A stretch of 64,000 nucleotides of DNA from Candidatus Cloacimonadales bacterium (GTDB lineage Bacteria; Cloacimonadota; Cloacimonadia; Cloacimonadales; JAIOQZ01): contig CAXXTU010000002.1 in the NCBI GenBank assembly GCA_963662655.2, positions 384,001-448,000 on the forward strand. The letters run 5' to 3'. The notes beneath the pieces are model-generated. The model did no database searches. It had not been told where the DNA came from and saw nothing but the letters and a program-made list of their open reading frames with translations. Positions 46,442-56,299 of the stretch are shown here, in pieces (the first letter of the stretch is position 1; each line of letters starts with the position of its first letter). The position numbers and the translations under genes were made by a program.

Positions 46442-49021
46442 ATGCGGAAAATCATTTTGGCAGTATTGTTTTTGACCTTGATGGCATCACTTCTCAATGC
46501 GCAGGACGGATTGATCGAAAGAATCCGGACGTACGGCGGAAAGAACGCGGATGGATTGATCGCGCTTCTGGATGAAAAGCACGATGAACGCCTCGAAGCG
46601 ATCGAGTTCATCCTGGAAAACTCGTCACCGTTCGATCTGGCGGTTCTGACGCCCGAACTGCTTCTGGAGAACGTTGATTTTGCACTGAAGTCGCGTGAAC
46701 TGCCTTATACGAAGGATATTCCTGGGGACATCTTCAAACACTTCGTGCTTCCCATGCGTATTTCGCAGGAACCGCTCGTGTCTTGGCGCGAGCAGCTCTA
46801 TTCGGAACTCGAACCGCAGGTTCGCGAAGCGGAATCCCTGGAAGAAGCGATGATGATCGTCAGCCTCTGGTGCGCTGAGAACGTGTACTTCGAGCCAACC
46901 TCCGGGCGTGATCAGACGCCACTCACAACGATGAAACGCTTGTTCGGCAGATGCGAAGAGATCATGATCCTCGAAATCGCCGCGGCAAGGAGCGTGGGTA
47001 TCCCCATGCGACCGGTCTCGGCTCCCTACTGGAACTTCATGGATAACAACCACGCCTGGAACGAGATGTGGACGACGGGCGGCTGGAAGTATCTCGGCCC
47101 GAACGGCCCCACAAATAACAGCGCGGACACATGGTACTCGACACGCGCCGGGCGAAGCATCCTGATCCTTTCTCACGCTTTCGGTAAATATGAATCACCT
47201 GAGTTACTTGAGTACGACAGTCACGAATCGCTGTTGAACACCACCTCCACCTACGGAGAGACGATCGACTACACGATTCATGTCTACGATAAAGATCACG
47301 AGCCTGTCGAAGAAGCGGAAATCATTTTCTATGCCCTCTCCTACGGCGGCTTGTTTCCCATGCTCAGTCTTGAAACGGATACAGATGGAATCCTGCGCGT
47401 ATCCCTGGGGCGAGGCTCGAGTTTTTTGACCGCTTCGAAAGACGACCTTCTGGGCTGGACGATGCTCAACAGCTTCGAAAACGGTGAAGAAATCGAAATA
47501 ACGCTCGGTACCGATCACAAGATTGACGGCGAATTCTCCTTTCGCTTTCCGGCTGAGCCCGTTACACAGAGCGAACCAAGCGAACCCATTCTCGAAAACT
47601 GGAAAATGCGCAACGAGCTTTCCAACCTTCGCCGGGAGAAGAAACTGGCAGACCATCGAATGCGCCTGCGCGAATTCCTCATGTTCTTCGATCCGGCTCC
47701 CGAAGCCGATGAATCGGTTGATTCTTACGCAGAGCGACGGGATGATTTCCTCGCCCAGTGCGAGCGTCTCGCCGGTGCGACCGACCAATTCCTTAAGGTT
47801 TATGGCGCGAGTCAATCGGACTCCCTGAAAATAGATGTCCTGAATCACATGATGCTTTCCTGGAACATCAAGGACCTGATCGAAATCCCGGATTCCTCCT
47901 CCCTGCAAAGCATTGTGGAAATCTTCTCGGAAAATCGAGATCGCTACAATGTTCCGGACTCCGTCTGGTTCGAACACGTCGTAGCCCCGATTTTCTCCAG
48001 CAAGCCGGTTCCCGAAGATAATTGGCAACCCGCGTTGTACGATCGGATCAAAACGCTGCATCGCCCCGAGATTATGCAAACGGTCGAGGCACTGCACGAC
48101 TGGATGAACCAGAGCATCGTCTCGGATACGACTCTGACCAATCAATATTTCGCCGGCTCGCTCGAGCCGCTTCAAATATTGGACATGAGATCGATCAGCA
48201 AGAGAAGCCAGATATTCCTGTTCATGTATTCCCTGAAGTATCTCGGCGTGCCTGTCCGGTGGAAAGGCCACCTGGAAGTTTGGAATGGTACAGCCTTCCA
48301 GCAATACGATCTCTTCGAAGAATCGGACAAGCAGACAGAACTCACCCCGCGGACGATTACCGTTAACGTGTTTGCGGACGGCAAGCAGGTGAAAGCGGAA
48401 CCGTTTGGAAACTTCCTGCTTTGCTCGGTTTCCGAGTCCGGCGGCATGTACTACAGCTACTTCGATGAGGAAGCCGACTCCCTGTCTTGCAAGATCACCT
48501 GGTACCCCGAAGCGGAAACAATCTACAATCTCCAGGGGTATGTTCGCAACGAGAATGGCGACGCGCTTCTTGCCATCCGCGATTTGAGCGACGAGACGGA
48601 AACGGATGTTGCCTTGAATCTGAGCGCGCCATCGGACATGTACGATGTCAGCGAGGAGTGGGATGACGATGTCGTGGAGGAGATAATCCGGATCGCGGAA
48701 GACGCTCCGGCTGAAGGCTATCGCATTGTATTCCTCCGGTCGAGAGAAAACACCGAGCCGGAGATCAGAATGCTGCAAGAATTCGAAAGCAAATCGAAAA
48801 TATTGGCAGATAAGGGAATTGGCTTTATTTTATATTCTGAGCAAGGTAACAGGGAAAAAGCCCCTGAGTTTGTGATACATACGAAAAGCAAGAAATTCCT
48901 CAATATCGAAATCTCGGATTATCCGGCACTGTTCCTGGTTAATGACAAAAACCAGATAGTTTTCTCATCCAAAGGCTATCGACTCGGGGTCTCAGATTTA
49001 ATCATTCGCAAGTGTAAGTAG
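46442..49021 (+). CDS. Secreted transglutaminase-domain protein
   Basis: Signal peptide; FKHFVLPMRISQEPL, GRCEE, RSVGIPMR, NHAWNEMW. Confidence 0.85.
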   Translation: MRKIILAVLFLTLMASLLNAQDGLIERIRTYGGKNADGLIALLDEKHDERLEAIEFILENSSPFDLAVLTPELLLENVDFALKSRELPYTKDIPGDIFKHFVLPMRISQEPLVSWREQLYSELEPQVREAESLEEAMMIVSLWCAENVYFEPTSGRDQTPLTTMKRLFGRCEEIMILEIAAARSVGIPMRPVSAPYWNFMDNNHAWNEMWTTGGWKYLGPNGPTNNSADTWYSTRAGRSILILSHAFGKYESPELLEYDSHESLLNTTSTYGETIDYTIHVYDKDHEPVEEAEIIFYALSYGGLFPMLSLETDTDGILRVSLGRGSSFLTASKDDLLGWTMLNSFENGEEIEITLGTDHKIDGEFSFRFPAEPVTQSEPSEPILENWKMRNELSNLRREKKLADHRMRLREFLMFFDPAPEADESVDSYAERRDDFLAQCERLAGATDQFLKVYGASQSDSLKIDVLNHMMLSWNIKDLIEIPDSSSLQSIVEIFSENRDRYNVPDSVWFEHVVAPIFSSKPVPEDNWQPALYDRIKTLHRPEIMQTVEALHDWMNQSIVSDTTLTNQYFAGSLEPLQILDMRSISKRSQIFLFMYSLKYLGVPVRWKGHLEVWNGTAFQQYDLFEESDKQTELTPRTITVNVFADGKQVKAEPFGNFLLCSVSESGGMYYSYFDEEADSLSCKITWYPEAETIYNLQGYVRNENGDALLAIRDLSDETETDVALNLSAPSDMYDVSEEWDDDVVEEIIRIAEDAPAEGYRIVFLRSRENTEPEIRMLQEFESKSKILADKGIGFILYSEQGNREKAPEFVIHTKSKKFLNIEISDYPALFLVNDKNQIVFSSKGYRLGVSDLIIRKCK

Positions 49022-49055
49022 GAAACATAACGAATTCTGCCCAAAGGATTGTAAA

Positions 49056-51563
49056 ATGGTACCTTTTACGCAGGGTGTTGAGGACACGATCGGATTGTTC
49101 GAAAAAGGACCGGTGATCCTTTTTCAATGGAAAAACGCTCCCGGTTGGCCTGTCGAGTACGTGAGCGCGAATGTGTACAACCTTCTTGGTTACAGCCCCG
49201 AAGACTTCATGTCGGGAAAGGTTGTCTACAGCAGTCTGATTCATGGAGCGGATGTATCGCGAGTCTCGGGCGAGGTTTCCGATCACTCTGAGAAGATGGA
49301 CGAGCATTACGAGCACGTACCGTATCGACTGAGAAGAAAGAGTGGTGAATACATTTGGGTTTTGGATCACAGCCGCCTGATTATCGATGCTGAAGGAAAA
49401 ATCGCCAGCTACTTCGGTTACCTGATCGATATCACCGATCACCAGAATATGGTGATCAATCTCAAAAACATGAAGGAAGACCTTGAGAAGTATGTCGAGC
49501 GCCGAACCCATGACCTGAAACAAGCGAACTCCAACCTCGAGATAGAAATCCACAACCACTCTCTTGCTGAAAAAGCGCTGCAAGATTCCATTCGCCGGTT
49601 CGAATTCATCATCAACCAGACTCCCATGATCGCCATGCAGGGTTTTGATCAGGGAGGTTATATTTCATACTGGAACAAAACCAGCGAGACGCTTTACGGG
49701 ATATCGTCCGACGATGCACAGGGCTTGCGGATTCAAGACATCATTTCCGCCGGCATCGATCGTAACTCGTTTCTGGATACGCTCGATGAGCTTGCCGAGA
49801 GCAAGCAACCTACCGTAGCTCAATACATCGAGATCACCAGAGAGAAAAACGAGATTCGCAATCTCTACACGATAATATACCCTATCATCGATCAAGGCGA
49901 AGTAACCGAGTTCTTCAAAATGGATATCGATATCACCGAGCAAAACAAATACCAGAGCGAGATCAAAAAGGTTAACGTGTTTCTCGATTCCATCATGAAC
50001 ACCATCGCCGACCCAATCTTCGTAAAAGACTCTCACCACAAATGGGTGTTGCTGAACGACGCGTTTTGCAAATTCATGGGTCTGGAACGCTCTGAACTGA
50101 TAGGTAAAAGCGATTACGATTTCTTCCCGAAGGAAGAGGCGGACGTCTTTTGGGAGATCGACAACAAGGTTTATCAAACGGGCGAACCGATTGTGAACGT
50201 TGAGGACTTCACCGATTCATTGAACAATCTCCACGTGATCTCCACCAAGAAAACGCTCTTCAAGGATACTGTCACGGGCGAGAAGATACTCGTGGGTATC
50301 ATCCGAGATATCACCGAATTCAAACGCCTGGAACTCGAACTTTCCAAACACCGCGACGAAATGATGCAACTGGTCGAGGAGAAAACAGCCGATCTCAAGC
50401 GCATCAATGAAGAGCTCCGCAAAGAGGTTGATGAGCGCATACACTCCGAAAAGATTGCATCTGAGGAGACCGAGAAGCTCAAGGCAGTTCTCGAGAACTC
50501 GATCATCGGTGTATTCATTACAGACCGGGAAGGTAGTTATCAGTATATCAATCGCAGGGCGAAATCGTTGTTTGGCTATTCTGTAGCGGAGTTGAAGAAG
50601 AAGAGCTTCTTCGATCTTACCTTCAAGGATGATCTTGAAGATTCCCGGAAGAAGTACAAGATGATGCAGGATGGCAAGATCAGGAACTTCAATCTTGAAA
50701 AGCGCTATGTTCGCAAGGATGGCACGGTTTTCTGGGGAGAAGTCTATATCTCGGCGGTTCACGATGAAAACGGTGAAATTCTGTCGATCATCAAGTTGAT
50801 CCGTGACATTGACAGGAAGAAGATGAACGAGATGAAAATCATCGAGCACGATCGTTTCCTGGAGAACCTTCTCGACAGCATTCCCATCCCCGTGTATTAT
50901 TATGACCAGGATGGGAAATTCATCGGCTGCAACAGCGCTTTCGAGCAGTTTACGAACATCAAACGCAAGGCATGTGTTGATCAGAAAATCGATGCCTTCC
51001 ATTTTCCTGAGACGCAACTTCCACTCGATAAGTCCAAGGACAGGAAAGGCAAAGCGAAATCGACTCCCATTGAAACAAGCATGGTTGACAGTGATGGCGT
51101 GTTGAGACACCTGATTCTTTGCAGGCGACGTTTTACGGATCGTGAAGACAATCCGGCCGGCGTCATTGCGACGATGATGGACATCACCGAGCGCAAAGAG
51201 GCCGAAGAGAAACTGCAAACCTCGTATCAGGAGCTCAAGGAAGCACAGAAAAGCATCCGCGACCTCGAAAGACGCACGACAGCGCTGGCGATGGCCGCGA
51301 CGGCCAATCACGAGATTAATCAGCCGTTGATGGTCATACAGGGGAACCTCGACTTGATCAAGATTAAGTTGAATGAAGAATCGGATGCAAAGCGCTCGAA
51401 CGGCGAATTGAAAAAGATGCTTGGCCCGTACCTCGACAGGATTGAGGACTCGATGAAGGTGATCACGGGCATTCTCACGAAGTTCAGCGAATCCACCAAT
51501 GTTTACATCGACACCTACGACGACGATTCCGATATGATCGTGTTCGAGGGCAAGAAAGAGTAA
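49056..51563 (+). CDS. Multi-PAS sensor with C-terminal HisKA/DHp domain and no ATPase domain
   Basis: About five PAS/PAC units each ending in DIT/DID; H-box TANHEINQPL; no N/G1/F/G2 boxes. Confidence 0.85.
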   Translation: MVPFTQGVEDTIGLFEKGPVILFQWKNAPGWPVEYVSANVYNLLGYSPEDFMSGKVVYSSLIHGADVSRVSGEVSDHSEKMDEHYEHVPYRLRRKSGEYIWVLDHSRLIIDAEGKIASYFGYLIDITDHQNMVINLKNMKEDLEKYVERRTHDLKQANSNLEIEIHNHSLAEKALQDSIRRFEFIINQTPMIAMQGFDQGGYISYWNKTSETLYGISSDDAQGLRIQDIISAGIDRNSFLDTLDELAESKQPTVAQYIEITREKNEIRNLYTIIYPIIDQGEVTEFFKMDIDITEQNKYQSEIKKVNVFLDSIMNTIADPIFVKDSHHKWVLLNDAFCKFMGLERSELIGKSDYDFFPKEEADVFWEIDNKVYQTGEPIVNVEDFTDSLNNLHVISTKKTLFKDTVTGEKILVGIIRDITEFKRLELELSKHRDEMMQLVEEKTADLKRINEELRKEVDERIHSEKIASEETEKLKAVLENSIIGVFITDREGSYQYINRRAKSLFGYSVAELKKKSFFDLTFKDDLEDSRKKYKMMQDGKIRNFNLEKRYVRKDGTVFWGEVYISAVHDENGEILSIIKLIRDIDRKKMNEMKIIEHDRFLENLLDSIPIPVYYYDQDGKFIGCNSAFEQFTNIKRKACVDQKIDAFHFPETQLPLDKSKDRKGKAKSTPIETSMVDSDGVLRHLILCRRRFTDREDNPAGVIATMMDITERKEAEEKLQTSYQELKEAQKSIRDLERRTTALAMAATANHEINQPLMVIQGNLDLIKIKLNEESDAKRSNGELKKMLGPYLDRIEDSMKVITGILTKFSESTNVYIDTYDDDSDMIVFEGKKE

Positions 51564-51649
51564 TTATTTACAGATATCTTTCAAACCTGGTGGATGCATC
51601 CTCAGCCCTTCCTTCGTGTCCCCTTGAGCCTACTTCAATGTTCAATTTA

Positions 51650-51673
51650 TCACCCTGAGCGGAGTCGAAGGGT
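51650..51673. repeat. REP-like imperfect palindrome CCCTGAGCGGAGTCGAAGGG
   Basis: ACCCT...AGGGT-flanked short palindrome; resembles an extragenic repeat I recall from Bacteroidota genomes; single copy in this window. Confidence 0.45.
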
Positions 51674-51775
51674 TGTGCAATATCGAATATTATACATTTT
51701 CGCTTTGACTATTCATGGATCAGAGTAATGGAGAATACAAACTGGTTCTTGGAGAGCTGCAATCAAATATAAAAC

Positions 51776-51851
51776 TGGAGCGGATGACGGGACTCGAACC
51801 CGCGACAGCCAGCTTGGGAAGCTAGTACTCTACCAACTGAGTTACATCCGC
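51776..51851 (-). tRNA. tRNA-Gly (CCC)
   Basis: Minus strand GCGGATGTAACTCAGTTGGTAGAGTACTAGCTTCCCAAGCTGGCTGTCGCGGGTTCGAGTCCCGTCATCCGCTCCA: 76 nt cloverleaf, anticodon CCC, encoded CCA. Confidence 0.97.
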
Positions 51852-51911
51852 TCGCGAGTGATTGAAAGAACGCGGCGCTGTTTGTGTCAAGTAAAATTCA
51901 TCAGGAATTCA

Positions 51912-53405
51912 TCAACGAAAATACCAGCAGATTCCCGCTTGGAAGTGCGTTTCTCTCGCAGGTAATTCCCGATACTCCCGATATTCCTCGTTCAACAGGT
52001 TGTATATGCCTCCGCTGAGCTCGAATTGCGGCTGGAAATGCCAGTTCCCCAGTATGTTTGTCAGCATGACATTCTCCATGGAGGTCTCGTCTTCGTTTTC
52101 GCGATCGTGAATGTACTGCGCCTGAAGCGTAAGATTCCAGTCCTCCTGGTTGTAGGTGATCGCGAAGAGGTTCTCGAACATTGGCATGAACGGTATCCGG
52201 TCTCCGTCTTCGTCCTGAAGGATGTTGAAGGTCAATTCATCGACGAAGTCGAACCGCTGATATGTGTAACTGAAATCAACGCCCGACCGGTTCCAGAGGA
52301 CATCTGTGAGAAATCCTTCGTAGAGCATGCTGTCCGTGTGAGCGTACGCGGTGTAATCCTTGATCCAGGTGGTGCGATTCCACACCGTGAAGGGGATCAG
52401 CATATCGACCTCGAAAGCCACCGTCATGTTGAGCGGAGCTTTCGGCTGATGTTTCTCGATATCGATGTTCTGATACGGGTTCCGGCGAATGAGCTGCATG
52501 CGGGTGAGGTTGCCGGTGTATGGCTGGTTCAGTATCTTCAGACTGGTGTTGTAGAAAATCATCTTCTGCCAGTTGAACACGATGGACGGATAGATGTGCC
52601 TGCCATCGCCACCAGCCCAGAGCCCGAGCTCTTTAAACGTCAGGAAATCCTTCTTGAAGAAGCTCAGGTTCCCCGTAATCGTGTTGTTGAGGAATCCAAG
52701 TTCGATATGGCTTCCGCTGGAGAGGCGCGGAACTTCGATGTCTCCTTTATAGAGAATATTGAAATCGTTCGCATCGCGATCCTTCAGACCGCTGATTTCC
52801 GAAGACTGCCGATAAGTGTAAAACGATATCTCCAACTGCTCGTCAACCGCGAGCAATGGACCGACGGCCACACCCTTCTTGCCGGGAAGAATCGCGCCGA
52901 AGCCGTTATTTTCCGTAACGTATTCCTGCAAGTCGCTGTCGTAGCGAGTCCAATCGTAATAAACGTCGGCGCTGTAAAGGTCCCAGGATGGCATCCAGTG
53001 GAGGTTCCCGGAGGAAGTCTCCCATCCTTTATCGTAGTTGATCGTGCGGAAATCCCCGCTGAAATTGAGCGGATTCAAGCCTTCCTTGACCGGTTCGCCG
53101 CGATACAAAGCTCTGAGACTCCCGTAATCGCGTGTTCCAAGAAATCCCTGGATCAACCCGGAAGAGGAGAGGTTCGGCATCTCCGGAGACTCCGGTTCGG
53201 AGGCGGGGTAAAAAACGTAGGCGTACGCAGCCGGTTCTTCCAGCGTCCAATACCGCGAGAGGTCGGTGTCCTTGCGGACGGAATCGGCGAAGATCTCCGT
53301 CTCGCCGGTGATAACCACTTGCGGTAGCTGGATGTCTTCCTGCCCAAAAAGTAGTGATATCGTGGCAAGAGATAGAAGGAGGATTGGGAGTATCAGGCAT
53401 TTCAT
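51912..53405 (-). CDS. Outer-membrane beta-barrel protein, TonB-dependent-receptor-like
   Basis: Signal peptide; TonB-box-like LPQVVITGE; C-terminal YNLLNEEY...AGICWYF; GGAGG SD before ATG 53405. Confidence 0.65.
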   Translation of the reverse strand: MKCLILPILLLSLATISLLFGQEDIQLPQVVITGETEIFADSVRKDTDLSRYWTLEEPAAYAYVFYPASEPESPEMPNLSSSGLIQGFLGTRDYGSLRALYRGEPVKEGLNPLNFSGDFRTINYDKGWETSSGNLHWMPSWDLYSADVYYDWTRYDSDLQEYVTENNGFGAILPGKKGVAVGPLLAVDEQLEISFYTYRQSSEISGLKDRDANDFNILYKGDIEVPRLSSGSHIELGFLNNTITGNLSFFKKDFLTFKELGLWAGGDGRHIYPSIVFNWQKMIFYNTSLKILNQPYTGNLTRMQLIRRNPYQNIDIEKHQPKAPLNMTVAFEVDMLIPFTVWNRTTWIKDYTAYAHTDSMLYEGFLTDVLWNRSGVDFSYTYQRFDFVDELTFNILQDEDGDRIPFMPMFENLFAITYNQEDWNLTLQAQYIHDRENEDETSMENVMLTNILGNWHFQPQFELSGGIYNLLNEEYREYRELPARETHFQAGICWYFR

Positions 53406-53406
53406 T

Positions 53407-56295
53407 CTATTCACCTCCCAGCTTCTTCGCGAGCTCTTGTCGTTGCTGAGGTGTCAGGAATTCCTTGATCATCTCGTAGCGCTCGCGAGCTTTCGCTTCT
53501 TCGCGGATATCGACATATGCGAAGCAAGCGAGGTATTCGGCCTGGATCTTCACGTCCTCGATCTCCGGATAGAGATAGCGCACGCGCAGGAGCTCGCTGA
53601 TGGCTTCTTCGTACTGCTTCTTGTTGTACAGCACGTAACCTTTCCAGTACTGGGCCGAAGCGCGGATTTCCTTGTGCTGGCTCTTGAGCAGGTTTTCGAT
53701 GACCGGTTCGATCATCTCGCTGCTCTCGCTTCCGATCTGGTATTGAATCCAGAGAAGCTCCGCTTTTTCGCGATTCAACCCGGTCGTGAACTGCATAAAG
53801 TCGTCGTAGGTTCTCATGAAAGCAGGGTGCTTCTCGGTCTGTTGTAAGCGGAGGAGATCGAGCCAGATGCGCGCATCGTGGGAGATTTTGGAAGCCTCCG
53901 TGAGCTTCACGATCGCCGCGATGTTGTCGTTTTCCTTTTGCTTGAGCTGCGCCCAGCTATAAAGAAGTTCCTCGTTTTTTCCGGAACTCGTGCTGATCGC
54001 GGTGTAAACCTTTTCCGCGTCGCGATACTTCCCGGTTTCCGTATAGCATTTTGCCAGAAGGAGCCTCACGCCGTTCAGGTTTGTATAACCGAAGTGGTCG
54101 TTGATTATCGTTTCGCAGGTCAGGATCGCTTCTGCATAGCGTCCTTCTTCCGTGAGAGAATTCGCCTTGGCTTCCAGAAGCTTACCTTTGAAGGAGTCGC
54201 CGCCGTCGCGGTTCAGCAGGTTGTCGATCTCCCGCACAAAGTCAATTTGATCGGAGCGATTTCCGCACCACTTGATGCCGTCCAGCGCGTTGTCGAACCA
54301 GGCTTTCGGGACATACGGATAGATCAACTGTGAATAGTAGGAAGAGGCATTCTTGTAATCTCCCAGGTTGTAATAGGAATCGGCGATGCCGAGGATGGCC
54401 TTGTATTTGTCTTCGCCCGATGGTGACCCCTGAAGATACTGCTTGAAGTAATCGGCTGCAGAAACGAAGTCGTCCGCGCTGAAGGCCGCGTTGGCCGCCA
54501 TCAGGAGGAACTTGCTCCGGTCCGCGCTCGAGGCCGAGAGATCGTTGTAAAGACTGGTGGCCTTGGAATAATCGCGCAACTGGTAATAGGTCCATGCCAG
54601 GCGACTGCGCGCCTGCTCTCTCTCCGTCTCGTCCGAGGCGGAGTCGGTGGCGTTCTGGTACTGGATTTGCGCGTCACGGTAGGATTTCATTGCGAAGTAG
54701 ATATCACCTGTGAGCAGCGCTTTGCTGAATTCGATCCCACTGCCGCTCTGGATGTTGCGGAGCGAAGCCAGCGCCTGGTCGTAATCTTTCTTATGGAAAT
54801 AGATCCTCGCAATCCGCTCATGCACGAGTGGGATGTCGTCGCCTGTCGAGAGGGATTTCTGGAAATACAGGAGTGCTTGATCGTCCTGTGCCATGTTCAG
54901 CGCGATTTCTCCGAGGTAGAAATTCGCCATGCCGTTTTTGCCCGAGTCGCTCTCATCGGCGAGAAGACGCTCGAAATCGGTTTTGGCCTGACGGAAATCC
55001 CGTTTCTGGAAGCGGATCAATCCAGCCTTGAAGAGGGCTTCGTCGCGGAATTTCCCATTCGGGTACGATGTCAGGTAATTCGTGAATGCGGTGAGCGCGT
55101 CGTCCGGTTTATTCAGAAGAAAATTCGTTTCGGCGATCATGAAGCGAGCCTTTTCCCTGGAGTTGTTATCCAATAGCTCACTGAGGGCTTTCTTGAAGTT
55201 CTCGTTCGCCTTGAGGTAGGATTTCTGCTCGAAACAGTTCATGCCGAGTTGAAATCTTGCTGCGCTGATGAAGCTGCTCTCGGGATGCGACGCGATGAAC
55301 GATTCGAGGGTTTGATTGGCTGTGTCCAGCGAGGATTGCCCCTGGATTTTCGCGAGGTAGAACTGGCTGTTCGCCTTGATGTTTGATTGTGAGGAATCTT
55401 TTGCCAGCTTCTCGAACAACGGGCGTGCCTTGTCGATTTGCTCGAGGTTCATGTAGGCAAGCGCGAGGTAGTATTCGGCCGAGTCGTCCAGCTTCTCGAT
55501 GGTCTGCAACATCTCCATCGCCTGGCGGTAATCCCCCGTCTCGAAGAAAGCGGTGGCGATGATTTTCGCGTACGCGTCGTAGTATTGCGAATCGGGGGAG
55601 ATGGCTTCCTTGTTGTATGTAAGAACCGCTTTGTACTGGCCCTCATCGATCATGTTCTGAAGATAGAAGATGCGCGCCTGCTCGATGTAGGATTGAGCGC
55701 CGGGCATGTTTTCCAGGATTGTGAGCATCTCCTCGGCTTCGGCAGCCTTACCGCTTTTCAGCATGCTCTGGATCAACGCCGGATAGATTTTCGGATCGTC
55801 CTTGAAACGCAGCGCGCTTGCCAGGAGGTCGGAGGATTCCCGGTAGGTCTTCTTGAGGTAGGCGATGCGTCCCTGATAATAGAATGAGAGCCAGTTTTGT
55901 TCATGTTGTGGGAACTGACTGGTGAACTGCTGGAACAACTCTTTCGCCCTGGTGTAATCCTCCATGAAATAGCAGCACTGCGCGAGCCCAAGAATCACCT
56001 CGGCGCGAATCGAGGACTTCACATTGCCGTTGTAGAGCTTCTGGAAAATCTCACGTGACGCATCATAGCGCTTGTCGCGAAGAAGGATGTCCGCCTTGAG
56101 ATAGGAGACGTCGTTGACGAAGCGGCTTTCCGGGTACGCAGCCAGAAATTTGTCGATCTCCAGTTTCGCGATGCGATACTCTCCGTTAGCGTAGAGCTTT
56201 ACGACAAACTGCAAGTCTTCGGATTCGTTCGCGAACAGCATGCATGCTGCTAAAAGCAGGAGCAGTAAAAGGAAAATCCATTGTTTCTTCAGCAT
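53407..56295 (-). CDS. Large exported TPR-repeat protein
   Basis: Signal peptide; many TPR/BamD-like repeats (FLAAYPES, YLTSYPNG, LRVRYLYP). Confidence 0.85.
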   Translation of the reverse strand: MLKKQWIFLLLLLLLAACMLFANESEDLQFVVKLYANGEYRIAKLEIDKFLAAYPESRFVNDVSYLKADILLRDKRYDASREIFQKLYNGNVKSSIRAEVILGLAQCCYFMEDYTRAKELFQQFTSQFPQHEQNWLSFYYQGRIAYLKKTYRESSDLLASALRFKDDPKIYPALIQSMLKSGKAAEAEEMLTILENMPGAQSYIEQARIFYLQNMIDEGQYKAVLTYNKEAISPDSQYYDAYAKIIATAFFETGDYRQAMEMLQTIEKLDDSAEYYLALAYMNLEQIDKARPLFEKLAKDSSQSNIKANSQFYLAKIQGQSSLDTANQTLESFIASHPESSFISAARFQLGMNCFEQKSYLKANENFKKALSELLDNNSREKARFMIAETNFLLNKPDDALTAFTNYLTSYPNGKFRDEALFKAGLIRFQKRDFRQAKTDFERLLADESDSGKNGMANFYLGEIALNMAQDDQALLYFQKSLSTGDDIPLVHERIARIYFHKKDYDQALASLRNIQSGSGIEFSKALLTGDIYFAMKSYRDAQIQYQNATDSASDETEREQARSRLAWTYYQLRDYSKATSLYNDLSASSADRSKFLLMAANAAFSADDFVSAADYFKQYLQGSPSGEDKYKAILGIADSYYNLGDYKNASSYYSQLIYPYVPKAWFDNALDGIKWCGNRSDQIDFVREIDNLLNRDGGDSFKGKLLEAKANSLTEEGRYAEAILTCETIINDHFGYTNLNGVRLLLAKCYTETGKYRDAEKVYTAISTSSGKNEELLYSWAQLKQKENDNIAAIVKLTEASKISHDARIWLDLLRLQQTEKHPAFMRTYDDFMQFTTGLNREKAELLWIQYQIGSESSEMIEPVIENLLKSQHKEIRASAQYWKGYVLYNKKQYEEAISELLRVRYLYPEIEDVKIQAEYLACFAYVDIREEAKARERYEMIKEFLTPQQRQELAKKLGGE

Positions 56296-56299
56296 TTTA

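Noticed and set aside
47204..48778. 524-aa minus-strand ORF, and similar long antisense ORFs (1349-2353, 17368-18534, 33435-34550, 50217-51311, 52026-53327)
   Set aside because: They lie opposite well-supported genes and have no recognisable motifs; shadow ORFs expected from codon bias
51776..51851. tRNA-Gly as the attachment site of an integrated island
   Set aside because: No duplicate of the tRNA 3' end and no integrase found in the window
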